IMG/VR virus record: IMGVR_UViG_3300046463_000548 | Coordinates: 89,707-153,706 of that record | From: a virus | DNA length: 64,000 nt | Direction: 5' to 3' (one strand) | In this document: positions 53,431 through 63,150 of the stretch, piece by piece | Layout: each line of letters opens with the position of its first letter | Position numbering within the stretch: position 1 is the first letter of the stretch | The notes under the pieces: generated by a model | The model's input: the letters and a program-made list of their open reading frames with translations, nothing else | The model's database searches: none | What the model was told of the DNA's origin: nothing | Program-made: the position numbers and the translations under genes

Positions 53431-53956
53431 GATGCCTACACTTTCTATTTACTGCTCGAATGTTAGAAGCGTCACGGTGGACTTTATATATACAAACGAA
53501 TCTAACATCGTGCTACGCACAACCTTCAGAAAGTGTTTGAGGTCATGAACGCGTGATAGTCCCTAGATCGAGCAAAGAACAAAGAGAATTCGAACCGCAG
53601 GAGCGAAGCGACGCGGAATGAGGTGGAGCGGAGCGATCACCTCTCATCGAGGAAGCAGGGACCTTTCTTGCTTTCTGGATTCGATGAGAAAGTGTGCAAC
53701 TGAGCACTTCGGCGCATGCGCGCCTTCGCGCTCTATTCCGTGCACAGAGTCAACGCTACGCGTTTGTGAATTCTTCTTTTCCTTTTTCTCTCCGCTCCCC
53801 TGTTGGTCCACGACGCGTCAGGAATCGAAGGGCACGTCAGGAGCTTCGCTAACGCCGTTTTCACGCTTCTACCCGCGCTCTCGTATATGTATTACGCGCG
53901 AGTAAATAAAAGGGTGAGAAGGTCCGTCTTCATCATTCATCTTTATAGGTACGCAA
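53431..53956. other. Non-coding strand-switch region with divergent promoter motifs; candidate replication origin
   Basis: No convincing ORF; GTAAATA at 53446(-) and 53902(+); AT-rich patch and GCGAAGCG/CTTCGC-type elements. Confidence 0.4.
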
Positions 53957-54787
53957 ATGAATCACGTATTGAAATACATACACGGCGTTGAAACGCTGGA
54001 GTACGAAATCCCCTGTCCCGGTATGTACTGGGCGGATCGCACTACTCACCTGATGGTCAGGGTCGTGAAGTTCGAGGAAGCATCGCAAGATATGTTTCCG
54101 AAGTCTGCCGTTCACCTCGAAATTGTTCGTTCTCGCGTTCCGTTCTCGCTCACGGTTGAGGAATTGCGGAAGAATTACGTCCGTATTTCGACGCCCCCGT
54201 CAGAGAAGCCCTTTGCGTGGCTCCGGAAATTCTTCGAAAAGCGCCGGACCCTTTCCGTCCGTGACCTCGAACGGACCCCGCAAGACAAGTTGGAGCATCT
54301 GTACGTAATGAACGGGTTGACTGTTGAATCGTTTATGAAGCATCGCACGTTCACCAAGATTCCGTTCCCGATTCCGAAACAAATCATTCCGATACGGAAG
54401 CCTGAAGCTGGGGCCCGCTTCCTGTCGCTCTCAGTGTGGGAGTCGTGGGCACCGGTTGATCTGCTAGAGCAGTACGATCCATCAACAATTCTCGCCTCGA
54501 AAGAATTCCGGGATGCTGTCGCGGTCGGTAGCTTGTACGTACTTTCCGAAAAATACGCGAAGCGCTTGCTATCTCAGCAAGAGACGCAGGCAGAGATTGA
54601 GCGCCTGGCCCAAATGCAGCAATTCATCGCGAACTTCCAGCCGTCCTTTCGCGCCGTGGCTAACGGCCCGACCGACAACCAACCGGCGCACTATGCGGAC
54701 CTCGAAGCGGACCACAACACCTCCGGTCCCAACACTTTGTCGAAGAACGTCGAAATCATGGGCGATTTCGGCCGTCATCTGTCCTGA
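53957..54787 (+). CDS. Hypothetical protein (C-terminal half paralogous to 57351-58058)
   Basis: W.P.D...L.S.EFR..V..G...IS...AKRL shared. Confidence 0.7.
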   Translation: MNHVLKYIHGVETLEYEIPCPGMYWADRTTHLMVRVVKFEEASQDMFPKSAVHLEIVRSRVPFSLTVEELRKNYVRISTPPSEKPFAWLRKFFEKRRTLSVRDLERTPQDKLEHLYVMNGLTVESFMKHRTFTKIPFPIPKQIIPIRKPEAGARFLSLSVWESWAPVDLLEQYDPSTILASKEFRDAVAVGSLYVLSEKYAKRLLSQQETQAEIERLAQMQQFIANFQPSFRAVANGPTDNQPAHYADLEADHNTSGPNTLSKNVEIMGDFGRHLS

Positions 54788-54853
54788 CGCAGCAAGTAAA
54801 TAAAAGTCGTGGGACGCGCGGCGCGTCCTTTGACTGATACAAGGGTGAAACAG

Positions 54854-55885
54854 ATGCAGGCAATCGGGATCGGGGATTTGCACTTAACGGATATTGCGGG
54901 CACCGGAGGTCTGGCGAAATACATCGAGCAGCCAGACCTGATGGTGTGCAACGAAGTGCGGAACGTTTTGAAGTATGCAGAGAATCAGGGGATCACCGAA
55001 ATCTTTCAGTACGGCGATGTTTGCCAGAATCCGCGCATGTCGTACGAAGCGATGCTTTCCCTGTTTGATCTGCTCACGGAGAACACGCAGTTCAACTTCC
55101 ACATCATCGTAGGCAATCACGATATGTACGGGGAGACACCGCAAACCGGTCACTCTCTCCAGGTCCTGCAAAAGATGTTGATGGGTTACGACCACGTACG
55201 AATCTACACCAAGCCTCGCACAATCAAATACGGGAAGGGAAGGGACGTTGGGGTTCGGTTTCTACCGTATCCGTCTGAAGACTTCGACACGTCTGCGCTC
55301 AACATCTTCCACAAGGAAGTGTACGGCTGCTCGAACGATGCGGGGCGCGTCCATAAGGATGACGGCCTGTCGAAGTCGAAAGCAGTCACGTGTGCCGGAC
55401 ACATCCACACTGCACACCGGGTGCGAAATACATATTACTCAGGCACGTTGTACCAGACGAACTTCGGTGAACGTCTGCCCAAGTATTTTCACCACATCGA
55501 ATTTAACAGCGCCAAGGATTACGAAATCCAGTTGATCGAGCACGCGCCGAAATTCAAGCTCCACAACGTCGTGTTGCAGACGCGCGATGACCTTGCGCTG
55601 ATCCCGAAATCGGAATTCGATCTGGTGAAGCTGGTGATCCAGGATGGCTGCGATGTGTCTGGCTCCGACTATGCGCACCTGCAAAACGTCGTTGAGCACA
55701 AGAACTTCAAGACGAAAGACGAACTGAAGGCCGTCCTTCTCGAAGACCTGACCGAAGGCAAGGAACTGAAGATCAAGACCGAAGAGTTCTTTCAGTCATG
55801 GGTGGAGTCTCTGGACGTTGAACCAGCAATGCGCGAGCGCGTTGTATCTGTGCGTGAACGTGTTCTTACCAAGGTGAAGTCATGA
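54854..55885 (+). CDS. Mre11/SbcD-like metallophosphoesterase nuclease
   Basis: GDLH, YGD, GNHD, GHIH, YSG...Q.NFGE. Confidence 0.85.
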   Translation: MQAIGIGDLHLTDIAGTGGLAKYIEQPDLMVCNEVRNVLKYAENQGITEIFQYGDVCQNPRMSYEAMLSLFDLLTENTQFNFHIIVGNHDMYGETPQTGHSLQVLQKMLMGYDHVRIYTKPRTIKYGKGRDVGVRFLPYPSEDFDTSALNIFHKEVYGCSNDAGRVHKDDGLSKSKAVTCAGHIHTAHRVRNTYYSGTLYQTNFGERLPKYFHHIEFNSAKDYEIQLIEHAPKFKLHNVVLQTRDDLALIPKSEFDLVKLVIQDGCDVSGSDYAHLQNVVEHKNFKTKDELKAVLLEDLTEGKELKIKTEEFFQSWVESLDVEPAMRERVVSVRERVLTKVKS

Positions 55886-56295
55886 GTAGTCCGCTTCCGA
55901 AATTCCGTATGTTCCAGCAGCGGTCGCAATCATTCCTGTTACTCCACACCAACCCGGCTGACGCGCAGCCGCTAGCGGTTTCTTCGGTGCAGCACGCGCA
56001 TGACCTGAATGTGTTCGGAGGGTGGGACGCAAAAGCCGATGAGTTTGCTTTTCTCTATCACTATCTCTTCGAATACATGGGTCCGATGATCGTGTGTGGT
56101 GTGGACAACGTAGGCCTGGCGCTCGATAGGTTCGGAGACACGATCAACGATTTCATCGCCATCAGCCAGTTGAGTGACGACCAGATTATCAATTGCGTTG
56201 CAGCGCTGGATAAAAGAAGAACAGGTGTTTTGCACCTGCTTCACCAGAAGCCCCCGGCCGCACCGCTCGTTGAATACCGGGAACTTAATCTATGA
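55882..56295 (+). CDS. Hypothetical protein
   Basis: 137 aa, ATGA coupling. Confidence 0.65.
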   Translation: MSSPLPKFRMFQQRSQSFLLLHTNPADAQPLAVSSVQHAHDLNVFGGWDAKADEFAFLYHYLFEYMGPMIVCGVDNVGLALDRFGDTINDFIAISQLSDDQIINCVAALDKRRTGVLHLLHQKPPAAPLVEYRELNL

Positions 56296-56939
56296 GACAG
56301 GATGAAGTGCAACTAGACGTGCTGCAGATGAACTTGCGTCTGCGGCACTCGTATTACTGGTACCTGGGCCAGCACATAGGTCTGACCGCAGGGGGTCCTG
56401 ATCACATGCCTCCGAACCTGGACAGGGCAGATCAGGATAGCTGGATCGGGGGCTACCGGGAAGGACTGAAACAACGTGAAGATCAAAAGAACGGGAACCG
56501 AGCAAAGATGAAACACATGATTGGCGTAGCCGCCGTGCTCTTTGACGACAAGGGCTCGATACTGCTGGAGCACCGTGCCAAAGACCCCGGGTCTGGGCTG
56601 TTCGTTCTTGCGGGTGGAAAGCTGGATGAGCCCGACCCTCGCGATGGTGTATCGCGTGAAGTGAAAGAAGAGCTAGGGCTTGAGATTCATCCATCGCGCT
56701 TCACTCCCGTGTATTCGGGATTCGACACAATGGGCGATGGAACGCCCTTGATCATGCTGTATTTCGCTGCCCGCATCGAGCGGGGAACAGAGCGGAATAT
56801 GGAGCCCAACAAGTGTCACGGACTGCGTTGGTTCCGTCCTTATCTGCTGCCTACCGAAGAAATGTGGACCAATGATCGAAGCGCGATTTCCTACGCTGAC
56901 ACGATCTTCGATTTCCGACGCATGGGGATGTATCGATGA
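56292..56939 (+). CDS. Nudix hydrolase with Rmf-like N-terminal segment
   Basis: GGKLDE.....GVSREVKEELG Nudix box; N-terminal SWIGGYREG. Confidence 0.8.
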   Translation: MRQDEVQLDVLQMNLRLRHSYYWYLGQHIGLTAGGPDHMPPNLDRADQDSWIGGYREGLKQREDQKNGNRAKMKHMIGVAAVLFDDKGSILLEHRAKDPGSGLFVLAGGKLDEPDPRDGVSREVKEELGLEIHPSRFTPVYSGFDTMGDGTPLIMLYFAARIERGTERNMEPNKCHGLRWFRPYLLPTEEMWTNDRSAISYADTIFDFRRMGMYR

Positions 56940-57214
56940 AACCTGAGCGCGGTACATGGTGTGTCGTGATTGAACAGCAGTTGATGACTGCGACATGTCC
57001 ACTACCAAAAAACGGCTGCATGTGGAAACACGCAGTCAACGGACGCTGCACCTACGACCAAGAATTTGCCGAATCTCTCACTGATCCAAAGCTTGTGAAG
57101 AATCCGGTTGGAGAATTCGCGAATCACGTCGGTTTGGGTGCTCTAGACCCCGATATCGTGAAAATCATCAAGCGCTCGCTGGTTTCTGCAGTGAAAAAAG
57201 AGATCAGTACGTAA
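56936..57214 (+). CDS. Hypothetical Cys-rich protein
   Basis: 92 aa, ATGA coupling. Confidence 0.6.
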   Translation: MKPERGTWCVVIEQQLMTATCPLPKNGCMWKHAVNGRCTYDQEFAESLTDPKLVKNPVGEFANHVGLGALDPDIVKIIKRSLVSAVKKEIST

Positions 57215-57350
57215 TTACATATGCGCGAGTAAATAATAAGTAGAGGATAAGTATTCAACTCTATGAGTACGCACCACAAGATGTGCGGCTCCTTGCTCTG
57301 TCACACCCCTTCCCGAATACACAAATCCCTGGTTATTTTTGGAGTTAGCA

Positions 57351-58058
57351 ATGAAATCAATCCCACTGTCAGAACTGGACGTAAAGGACACACGCGGCCC
57401 CATCTGGATCGTGAACACCGCAGCGCAATCAAAGTATCGCGTTACCGGCCAACTGATCATCAGCATTCCGTCGCTGAATGGCGGCAAGGAAGAAGCGCTG
57501 ACTGTTCCGTATACGTGGTTGCCGATGGACGCAGCAGCACACTTCCCGCGTGATCGCCTGCTCGTGTCCACGGAATTCCGCAAGTCAGTGATCAACGGCT
57601 TGGTCACGATCATCTCCGCGAATGATGCAAAACGTCTGGAAGAAACGGAAGGCGCGGACGAAGAACGCGAGCGTCTGAGCGAACTGGATGAAATCGTCCG
57701 TCAGCAGTCGTCAGCCCGTTCGATCAGCGACGCGAATGTGGAAATCAACGGTCAGCAGCAAGGCAAGGGCGAGGACTCGGAAACGGTTTCGATGTTCGGT
57801 TTCGATGAGACACCGTCGATTGCCAAGCAACTGGCAGGCAAGAAGAAACCGTCCGTGGACGATTCCGGCTTCACGAACCAGTTCCTGATGTTCGCGAACA
57901 AGGTCAAGGAAGACACGGACATGGGCGCGCTCAATCAAATCCGTGCGCGCTCGAAATTCACGCGCAAGGAAATCCGCTATCTGGCGGATCACCTGAGCAA
58001 CCACCCGAAGACGCAGAAGCAACTTCAGGCGCGCATCGCTGCGTTCGAAAAGGCGTAA
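57351..58058 (+). CDS. Hypothetical protein
   Basis: GGAG RBS; GTAAATA motif at 57229. Confidence 0.75.
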   Translation: MKSIPLSELDVKDTRGPIWIVNTAAQSKYRVTGQLIISIPSLNGGKEEALTVPYTWLPMDAAAHFPRDRLLVSTEFRKSVINGLVTIISANDAKRLEETEGADEERERLSELDEIVRQQSSARSISDANVEINGQQQGKGEDSETVSMFGFDETPSIAKQLAGKKKPSVDDSGFTNQFLMFANKVKEDTDMGALNQIRARSKFTRKEIRYLADHLSNHPKTQKQLQARIAAFEKA

Positions 58059-58123
58059 GCCTCCTGTTTTCTCCCAGAGGTTCATAAATACCCAGCGGAG
58101 ACTTTAACCAATGGGAGCAACCC

Positions 58124-58624
58124 GTGTCCGAGAGTCCCCAGTACGACATCATCAACAAGTCCAAGCACTACAACCAGCATCCGTCAGGTGTCGAGTGTAT
58201 CGAACTGGCTGAGCGTCTGTCTTTCTGCGCTGGCAACGCGTTCAAGTATGTGTTCCGGCGCGGTGAAAAGGATGATCCTGTTCAAGACCTGAAGAAAGCG
58301 ATCTACTACCTGAATCGCGAGCGCTACCAGATGGAGAATCTGATCCGCTGGCTGAGCAAGCAGGACGCTGACGCCATGATCGTCAATGACCACTTCACCC
58401 GCACCGACTATGCGAACATCGCGACGCTGCTCGAAACAGAGCCGAACAAGCGGGCCTGTGCTGTGTACTCACGAGTCTTCACGGGCGGAGTGAAGATCGA
58501 CTACTACATACAATCGCTGGAGTACGCGGCCGGGTATGTACGTGACATGATCGCGGAAATCGAGAATCCTCGCGCCGTGATCGAGCAGCCGGAATTCGGT
58601 GAAGCCACTGCAACAGAAATCTAA
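58124..58624 (+). CDS. DUF3310 (T7 gp1.7 nucleotide kinase-like) protein
   Basis: HYNQHPSGVECIE, GNAFKYVFR.G.K, DLKKAIYYL. Confidence 0.8.
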   Translation: MSESPQYDIINKSKHYNQHPSGVECIELAERLSFCAGNAFKYVFRRGEKDDPVQDLKKAIYYLNRERYQMENLIRWLSKQDADAMIVNDHFTRTDYANIATLLETEPNKRACAVYSRVFTGGVKIDYYIQSLEYAAGYVRDMIAEIENPRAVIEQPEFGEATATEI

Positions 58625-58629
58625 ATGTG

Positions 58630-58678
58630 TTGCACAATACGTCAGTGGCTGATAGTATGGCTTTGCACAATACGTCAG
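58630..58678 (+). promoter_or_regulatory. Sigma70-type promoter within a 16-bp direct repeat
   Basis: TTGCAC-17-TAGTAT; TTGCACAATACGTCAG at 58630 and 58663. Confidence 0.55.
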
Positions 58679-58759
58679 CTACTGGCTGTATGTAACGGAT
58701 GGTCCGGTTTCTATACTTGACCTCCTTGATACCTACCTCCCTATGAAACGGAGCGCACA

Positions 58760-59107
58760 TTGAAGCAAATCAGCAACCAAACGGTTATCCAGCAGGCTGA
58801 CCGCTACCACGACCTCCAACGCAAACACCGCGATCTGATGGCACAGGCACGTGAAGCCGAAGCCGAAATGCGAAAAATTTACCCGGCTCTGATCAAGGCC
58901 GCACAAGGCCAGGATTTCAGCTTTCCCTCCGCCGACGAGTACATGAAAGTGTGTGAAATCAATCAAGTAGAGGGACCTGAGGACGTTCCAAAGATGCGCG
59001 AGATGCTGCTGAAGCTGCGCCGGAAAATCCCGATGACAACAAAAACTTCGGTCGTTGTTCGATATTTAACGGACGACGAGGTGCAAGAATCGGATTCGGA
59101 GCAGTAA
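58760..59107 (+). CDS. Hypothetical protein
   Basis: 115 aa, GGAG RBS before TTG. Confidence 0.65.
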   Translation: MKQISNQTVIQQADRYHDLQRKHRDLMAQAREAEAEMRKIYPALIKAAQGQDFSFPSADEYMKVCEINQVEGPEDVPKMREMLLKLRRKIPMTTKTSVVVRYLTDDEVQESDSEQ

Positions 59108-59194
59108 ATGGGTATATGGGGACTGCTGTCGCTGTGCGTCGCTTTCCTCTGGGCCGTGTTCGGCATCGTCTATTTCATGGTGCCGAACAGATAA
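59108..59194 (+). CDS. Tiny membrane protein (28 aa)
   Basis: MGIWGLLSLCVAFLWAVFGIVYFMVPNR directly after upstream stop. Confidence 0.45.
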   Translation: MGIWGLLSLCVAFLWAVFGIVYFMVPNR

Positions 59195-59214
59195 ATTGAT
59201 CACGGGGGTGGTAA

Positions 59215-59415
59215 ATGCAAGTTGGTCTCCTGTTGCTGATCCTGCTGTCTGATTCATTTGCCTTCGGGCTACGCGCAAGCTGGGGCTACCCGACAGACCT
59301 AGCGGTCGCGTGGGTGCTTGGCTCGCTGCTTCTCATGTCCCTGCCTTACTTCAGAAAGCCAAAATGGACGGACGACTCAAAGTGGTTAAGCTCAGGTCAA
59401 GACCTCTGGTCGTGA
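59215..59415 (+). CDS. Small two-TM membrane protein
   Basis: Two hydrophobic segments. Confidence 0.55.
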   Translation: MQVGLLLLILLSDSFAFGLRASWGYPTDLAVAWVLGSLLLMSLPYFRKPKWTDDSKWLSSGQDLWS

Positions 59416-59578
59416 CTGCGCATCGCGTATCCGATTTCAAAATAGAAATACGCGTGCTCCACTCACGGAGCAACAAGCTTCTGAAGTCTGTACCGTACTT
59501 TACGAACTCGAATCGTAATGCGCGGGATATCTGCACGCGTTACATACACAAGCACTATCCACAAACGGGGTCTGCAAA

Positions 59579-59917
59579 ATGAATGTTCGGCGCTTCAAGA
59601 ATTCCTTTCTTACTTTCTTCTTCGCTGCGGCCTTATTCGTTGCGTGGCTCGCGGAGCAGTCTTCGAGCCTTTATCAGCAACGAATGACGCTGCTGATCAG
59701 CGTCCTGATGCTGATGTTGTGCATTGCCCTGGCCCTGGCTATTTCAATGCCAGAACAGCCGAAACGGCCCAAAGCGGCGCGCTCGTCCCTGACACCGGAG
59801 CAGCAACGCAATGCCGCGATGTTCCGCCATCAACCGGCCAGCGCTCAGTTTAAGGTCCGCATGTTTTACAACGAGCAACTGCAGCGCACAGGCAGCAGGG
59901 TCCACCGTCAAGCTTAA
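59579..59917 (+). CDS. Two-TM membrane protein
   Basis: Two hydrophobic segments, basic tail. Confidence 0.6.
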   Translation: MNVRRFKNSFLTFFFAAALFVAWLAEQSSSLYQQRMTLLISVLMLMLCIALALAISMPEQPKRPKAARSSLTPEQQRNAAMFRHQPASAQFKVRMFYNEQLQRTGSRVHRQA

Positions 59918-59926
59918 TCAACCGTA

Positions 59927-60388
59927 TTGGGTAGTGAAATGAGTGAAGAAATGCAGCAGCCGCCCGAATTGCAGTTCCTGGAGCTAATCCGACAGTTGAA
60001 CGCAGAACTGCCACAGCATCTGAAAGATTATCAAGCGGACGCCTATAGAAGGCCCTCATTTGGAGAGCAGCCTAATCACACCGACCAAGCGCTTGCCATC
60101 TTCTTTCACCACATCGCGTTCGAAACATTCAGTGCGTTTGAGCGCGTGCGGCTAGAAGCCGATGGTGCAGAGGGTGGTGACTTCCCCGAAATCAAGTCGC
60201 CTGTCGTTCGTAACTTCTGGAGTCGCGTTGTAGAGCAGCGCACAGCGTCTCGTGACCGGCGCGCAGCGGAGATTCTGAACGCGCTGACTGAGGAAGACCG
60301 TCGCGCACTCATTCAAGCTGGTGTCCGCTTTCCATCTCCAGCAAAGCCTGTATCCACTAAGCACAGATCGACACGAAATATGTATTGA
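59927..60388 (+). CDS. Hypothetical protein
   Basis: ~150 aa ORF. Confidence 0.65.
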   Translation: MGSEMSEEMQQPPELQFLELIRQLNAELPQHLKDYQADAYRRPSFGEQPNHTDQALAIFFHHIAFETFSAFERVRLEADGAEGGDFPEIKSPVVRNFWSRVVEQRTASRDRRAAEILNALTEEDRRALIQAGVRFPSPAKPVSTKHRSTRNMY

Positions 60389-60420
60389 CACTCTGTGCAT
60401 GGCTGTTTAAAGTGTCAATA
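60383..60420 (+). promoter_or_regulatory. Sigma70-type promoter overlapped by a 10-bp inverted repeat
   Basis: TTGACA-17-TAAAGT; TATTGACACT-N18-AGTGTCAATA. Confidence 0.65.
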
Positions 60421-60492
60421 ACGGTGAGCGAAACAGAAAAGCGAACCGATAAGAAAATCCCAAACCACTCCTTATGAAACGGAGAAGAACAA

Positions 60493-60882
60493 ATGCAAAT
60501 CTTCAAAAGCAAGCTGGCTAAAACCGAAACCGCAACCGTTCAACTGAACGCTGACGAAATCGCGAAGTTGAAAAACGCGCTCGGCACTGCACCGGAAGCA
60601 ACGAAGATTAACCTGATCAACGGCGTATCGATGCGCCAACTGCCGAACCGCTGGTTCACGGTCGAAGCAGACAGCGCTCCCGTGTCGAAGGTCGAACGCA
60701 TCGAAGCTGCGCTGCAACTGATCGAAAAGTGCGTGGTGCACAACTATTCACTGAACGTGGAAGCGCCGGATGCCGACGAAGCAGAAAAGCCGGTTCAAGA
60801 AGTCGTACACGGCGGTGGTCGTTCGCACAAAACCCCGCCGTCGCAATTGCTGATCCAGATGTTTAGTCGCCTGTCGTTCTGA
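60493..60882 (+). CDS. Hypothetical protein
   Basis: 129 aa, GGAGA RBS. Confidence 0.7.
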   Translation: MQIFKSKLAKTETATVQLNADEIAKLKNALGTAPEATKINLINGVSMRQLPNRWFTVEADSAPVSKVERIEAALQLIEKCVVHNYSLNVEAPDADEAEKPVQEVVHGGGRSHKTPPSQLLIQMFSRLSF

Positions 60883-60959
60883 TCGACTCACAGCATTACT
60901 TCTAACGACGGCTCTGAAACACGGGCCGCCTGTGTAAAACCTCACTGGAGAAGTACCTC

Positions 60960-61307
60960 ATGTTCAATATCCTCGGTTCCTTCGCGAACGCAAAGAAGCC
61001 CAAGACCGTCGAAGCCTGCGCCGAATACGTCAAAGGTCACTGGGTTGTGTTGGTCCGCAATGCTGGTCACAAGAACTGGGTGCCGGTTCTGGATCACCAG
61101 AAGCAGATTTCCGACCACGATGCTTTTGGCGAAGTGATCCATACGCGTGCGTCAATCATGACGTTCGGAACTAAGGCCCAAGCTGACGACTATATCCGCG
61201 TTTCGATTCCGGAAGCGGCCGAACACCGCGCGCAGCGCAGGCCGTCCAAGGAACTGGTGAATTTTTCGATTCCTTCGGGATCACGGGATTCCATGATCGC
61301 TGCCTGA
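60960..61307 (+). CDS. Hypothetical protein
   Basis: 115 aa, GGAGA RBS. Confidence 0.7.
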   Translation: MFNILGSFANAKKPKTVEACAEYVKGHWVVLVRNAGHKNWVPVLDHQKQISDHDAFGEVIHTRASIMTFGTKAQADDYIRVSIPEAAEHRAQRRPSKELVNFSIPSGSRDSMIAA

Positions 61308-61395
61308 CTCGTGAACTGTGTGGAGCGGGTGGGCGATTTGCCCACCTTCAGTAAATAAGATAGTAGAACCCTCCACATTTCACTGTAGGTAGCCT

Positions 61396-61677
61396 ATGCA
61401 GAATTCAGTTCCTGCGGTCGGGACCGAAATCCCGATTGTCGAAGGATCACTGGTCTTGAGCCGTGATCAACGCACGCAAGTGTGCCGTATCAAATACCAA
61501 AAAGATTCCGAAGACTGGGTTATGGTCCCCGCCCGCCTGAATCGACACGGATCGCTCATCAATCACGGACTGCTCGTGTTTCTGAACAGCCAAGCGACAG
61601 CGTCCAACACCCACATCCGAATCACTGCGATCCAACCAACCGGGAAAGGTGCTTATGCCAGTCCCGCTACGGTTTGA
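61396..61677 (+). CDS. Hypothetical protein
   Basis: 93 aa after GTAAATA motif at 61351. Confidence 0.6.
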   Translation: MQNSVPAVGTEIPIVEGSLVLSRDQRTQVCRIKYQKDSEDWVMVPARLNRHGSLINHGLLVFLNSQATASNTHIRITAIQPTGKGAYASPATV

Positions 61678-62344
61678 CCTCGTAGCTGCCGACAGATCAA
61701 AGCTTAGTCTAGGTGCCCTGGCGGAATACCGCAAACTCAGGGCGCTAATCCCCCGGGAACGTGAGAAGTATTATCGGGTACACCAGCAAACGCTGCGTGT
61801 AGCGAACCTCTATTACGACCAACACGACCAGCGTGACTACGTGGTGCGGCTGCGCTTAAGCGTGCGCAACGCAACGCGGGGCTCTGTGCCGTCCTCAGGA
61901 ATGAGCACACCCACAGTCGCGGGCTACGTCACGAGCGGCACAGAGCAGCTATACAACGCAGAGCAGCACCTACTTTCTGCGGCCTATCGCAAAGTTCGTT
62001 CTCTGGTTCATCCCGACTCCAGTAAATTAAAGAATAGCCAAGAGCTATTTCAGTTAGTGAACGCAGCGTATCACCTGCGTGACCTGACGTTTTTACAGGA
62101 GACGTACTTTACGCTGGCTAAAGCGCACGATCTGTTCTGGCAGCAGACGGACGGTCTCGATTACGTAAAGCAGGAACTGGAGCGACCGAAGGCTAGCCTT
62201 CGCATCCTTCAGGCGTCTCCTGAATTCCGTATCTCGCAATTACATATGACTCGCAAGTTCGATGACGCGGCAAAGCTCGCTGATCTTCGTATCAAGCAGC
62301 TAATTGTCGAACTGACTGCCGAGCTTCATTCGCTGCTCACGTAG
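61655..62344 (+). CDS. J-domain (DnaJ-like) protein
   Basis: AYRKVRSLVHPD...LFQLVNAAY. Confidence 0.75.
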   Translation: MPVPLRFDLVAADRSKLSLGALAEYRKLRALIPREREKYYRVHQQTLRVANLYYDQHDQRDYVVRLRLSVRNATRGSVPSSGMSTPTVAGYVTSGTEQLYNAEQHLLSAAYRKVRSLVHPDSSKLKNSQELFQLVNAAYHLRDLTFLQETYFTLAKAHDLFWQQTDGLDYVKQELERPKASLRILQASPEFRISQLHMTRKFDDAAKLADLRIKQLIVELTAELHSLLT

Positions 62345-62370
62345 TTCACCCATCTATTCAGAGGTATCAA

Positions 62371-63027
62371 TTGAAATCCACTACCAAGGTGAGTGGCGGG
62401 AATCTCACGCCCCTCGAAAAAGCACGTCTCGCGCGTGCTGCCAACAAGGCAAACGGCACAACGTCTACAGCTACACGTTCGGCGCTGCCCATCTACGAAG
62501 CGCCCGCAGATTTCACCCCGCACTTCCTGGAAGTGGTGGTGCGCACTGAGAAAGACGGTCTGTTCGCCACGGGCATCCGTGCGACTCGCTTCAAGGGTCG
62601 CTATGACCCGAACGCGGAAGACAAGAAAAAGTTCGATATGGCTGCGTACGACCAGACAACGATCATGGGAATCATGGCTCGCCTGTCGGCCGTCACGTTC
62701 AAGCCGACCAACGAGAACAAGTATCCCAAGTCGCCTAAAGAGCGCATTGGTCTCAAGGGTTCCTTCCGACTCCCGGCATCAACGAGCTTCAAGCTGATCA
62801 TGCGCGTTGGACGCCGCTCCGCCGATCAAGCACTGATGGTCGGCATCAAACAGATCAAGCAGGGCATCAAGAAAAACGGCGTGATGACTGCCATCACGTT
62901 GCCGAACGACGACCCTGTGTATCGGTTGCTTCGTCGCGCTACGCGGTTCCTGCCCGCTGCATTCGCGAATGTTCAGCAACCGCCTGCAAAGCGCCGCACG
63001 AAGAAAACCACAGAGTCCAACGAGTGA
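62371..63027 (+). CDS. Hypothetical basic protein
   Basis: 218 aa, GAGGT RBS before TTG. Confidence 0.7.
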   Translation: MKSTTKVSGGNLTPLEKARLARAANKANGTTSTATRSALPIYEAPADFTPHFLEVVVRTEKDGLFATGIRATRFKGRYDPNAEDKKKFDMAAYDQTTIMGIMARLSAVTFKPTNENKYPKSPKERIGLKGSFRLPASTSFKLIMRVGRRSADQALMVGIKQIKQGIKKNGVMTAITLPNDDPVYRLLRRATRFLPAAFANVQQPPAKRRTKKTTESNE

Positions 63028-63150
63028 AATTCGAAGTCTCTAGTAAATAAGCTTGTGAAGGCCCTTCGAGGTTCCCCGCATTCAGGACGGATGCAAGGGT
63101 TGCCGGTCCCCACTCCGCAGACCGGTACTGCCTATCTTTGAGGAAATCAA

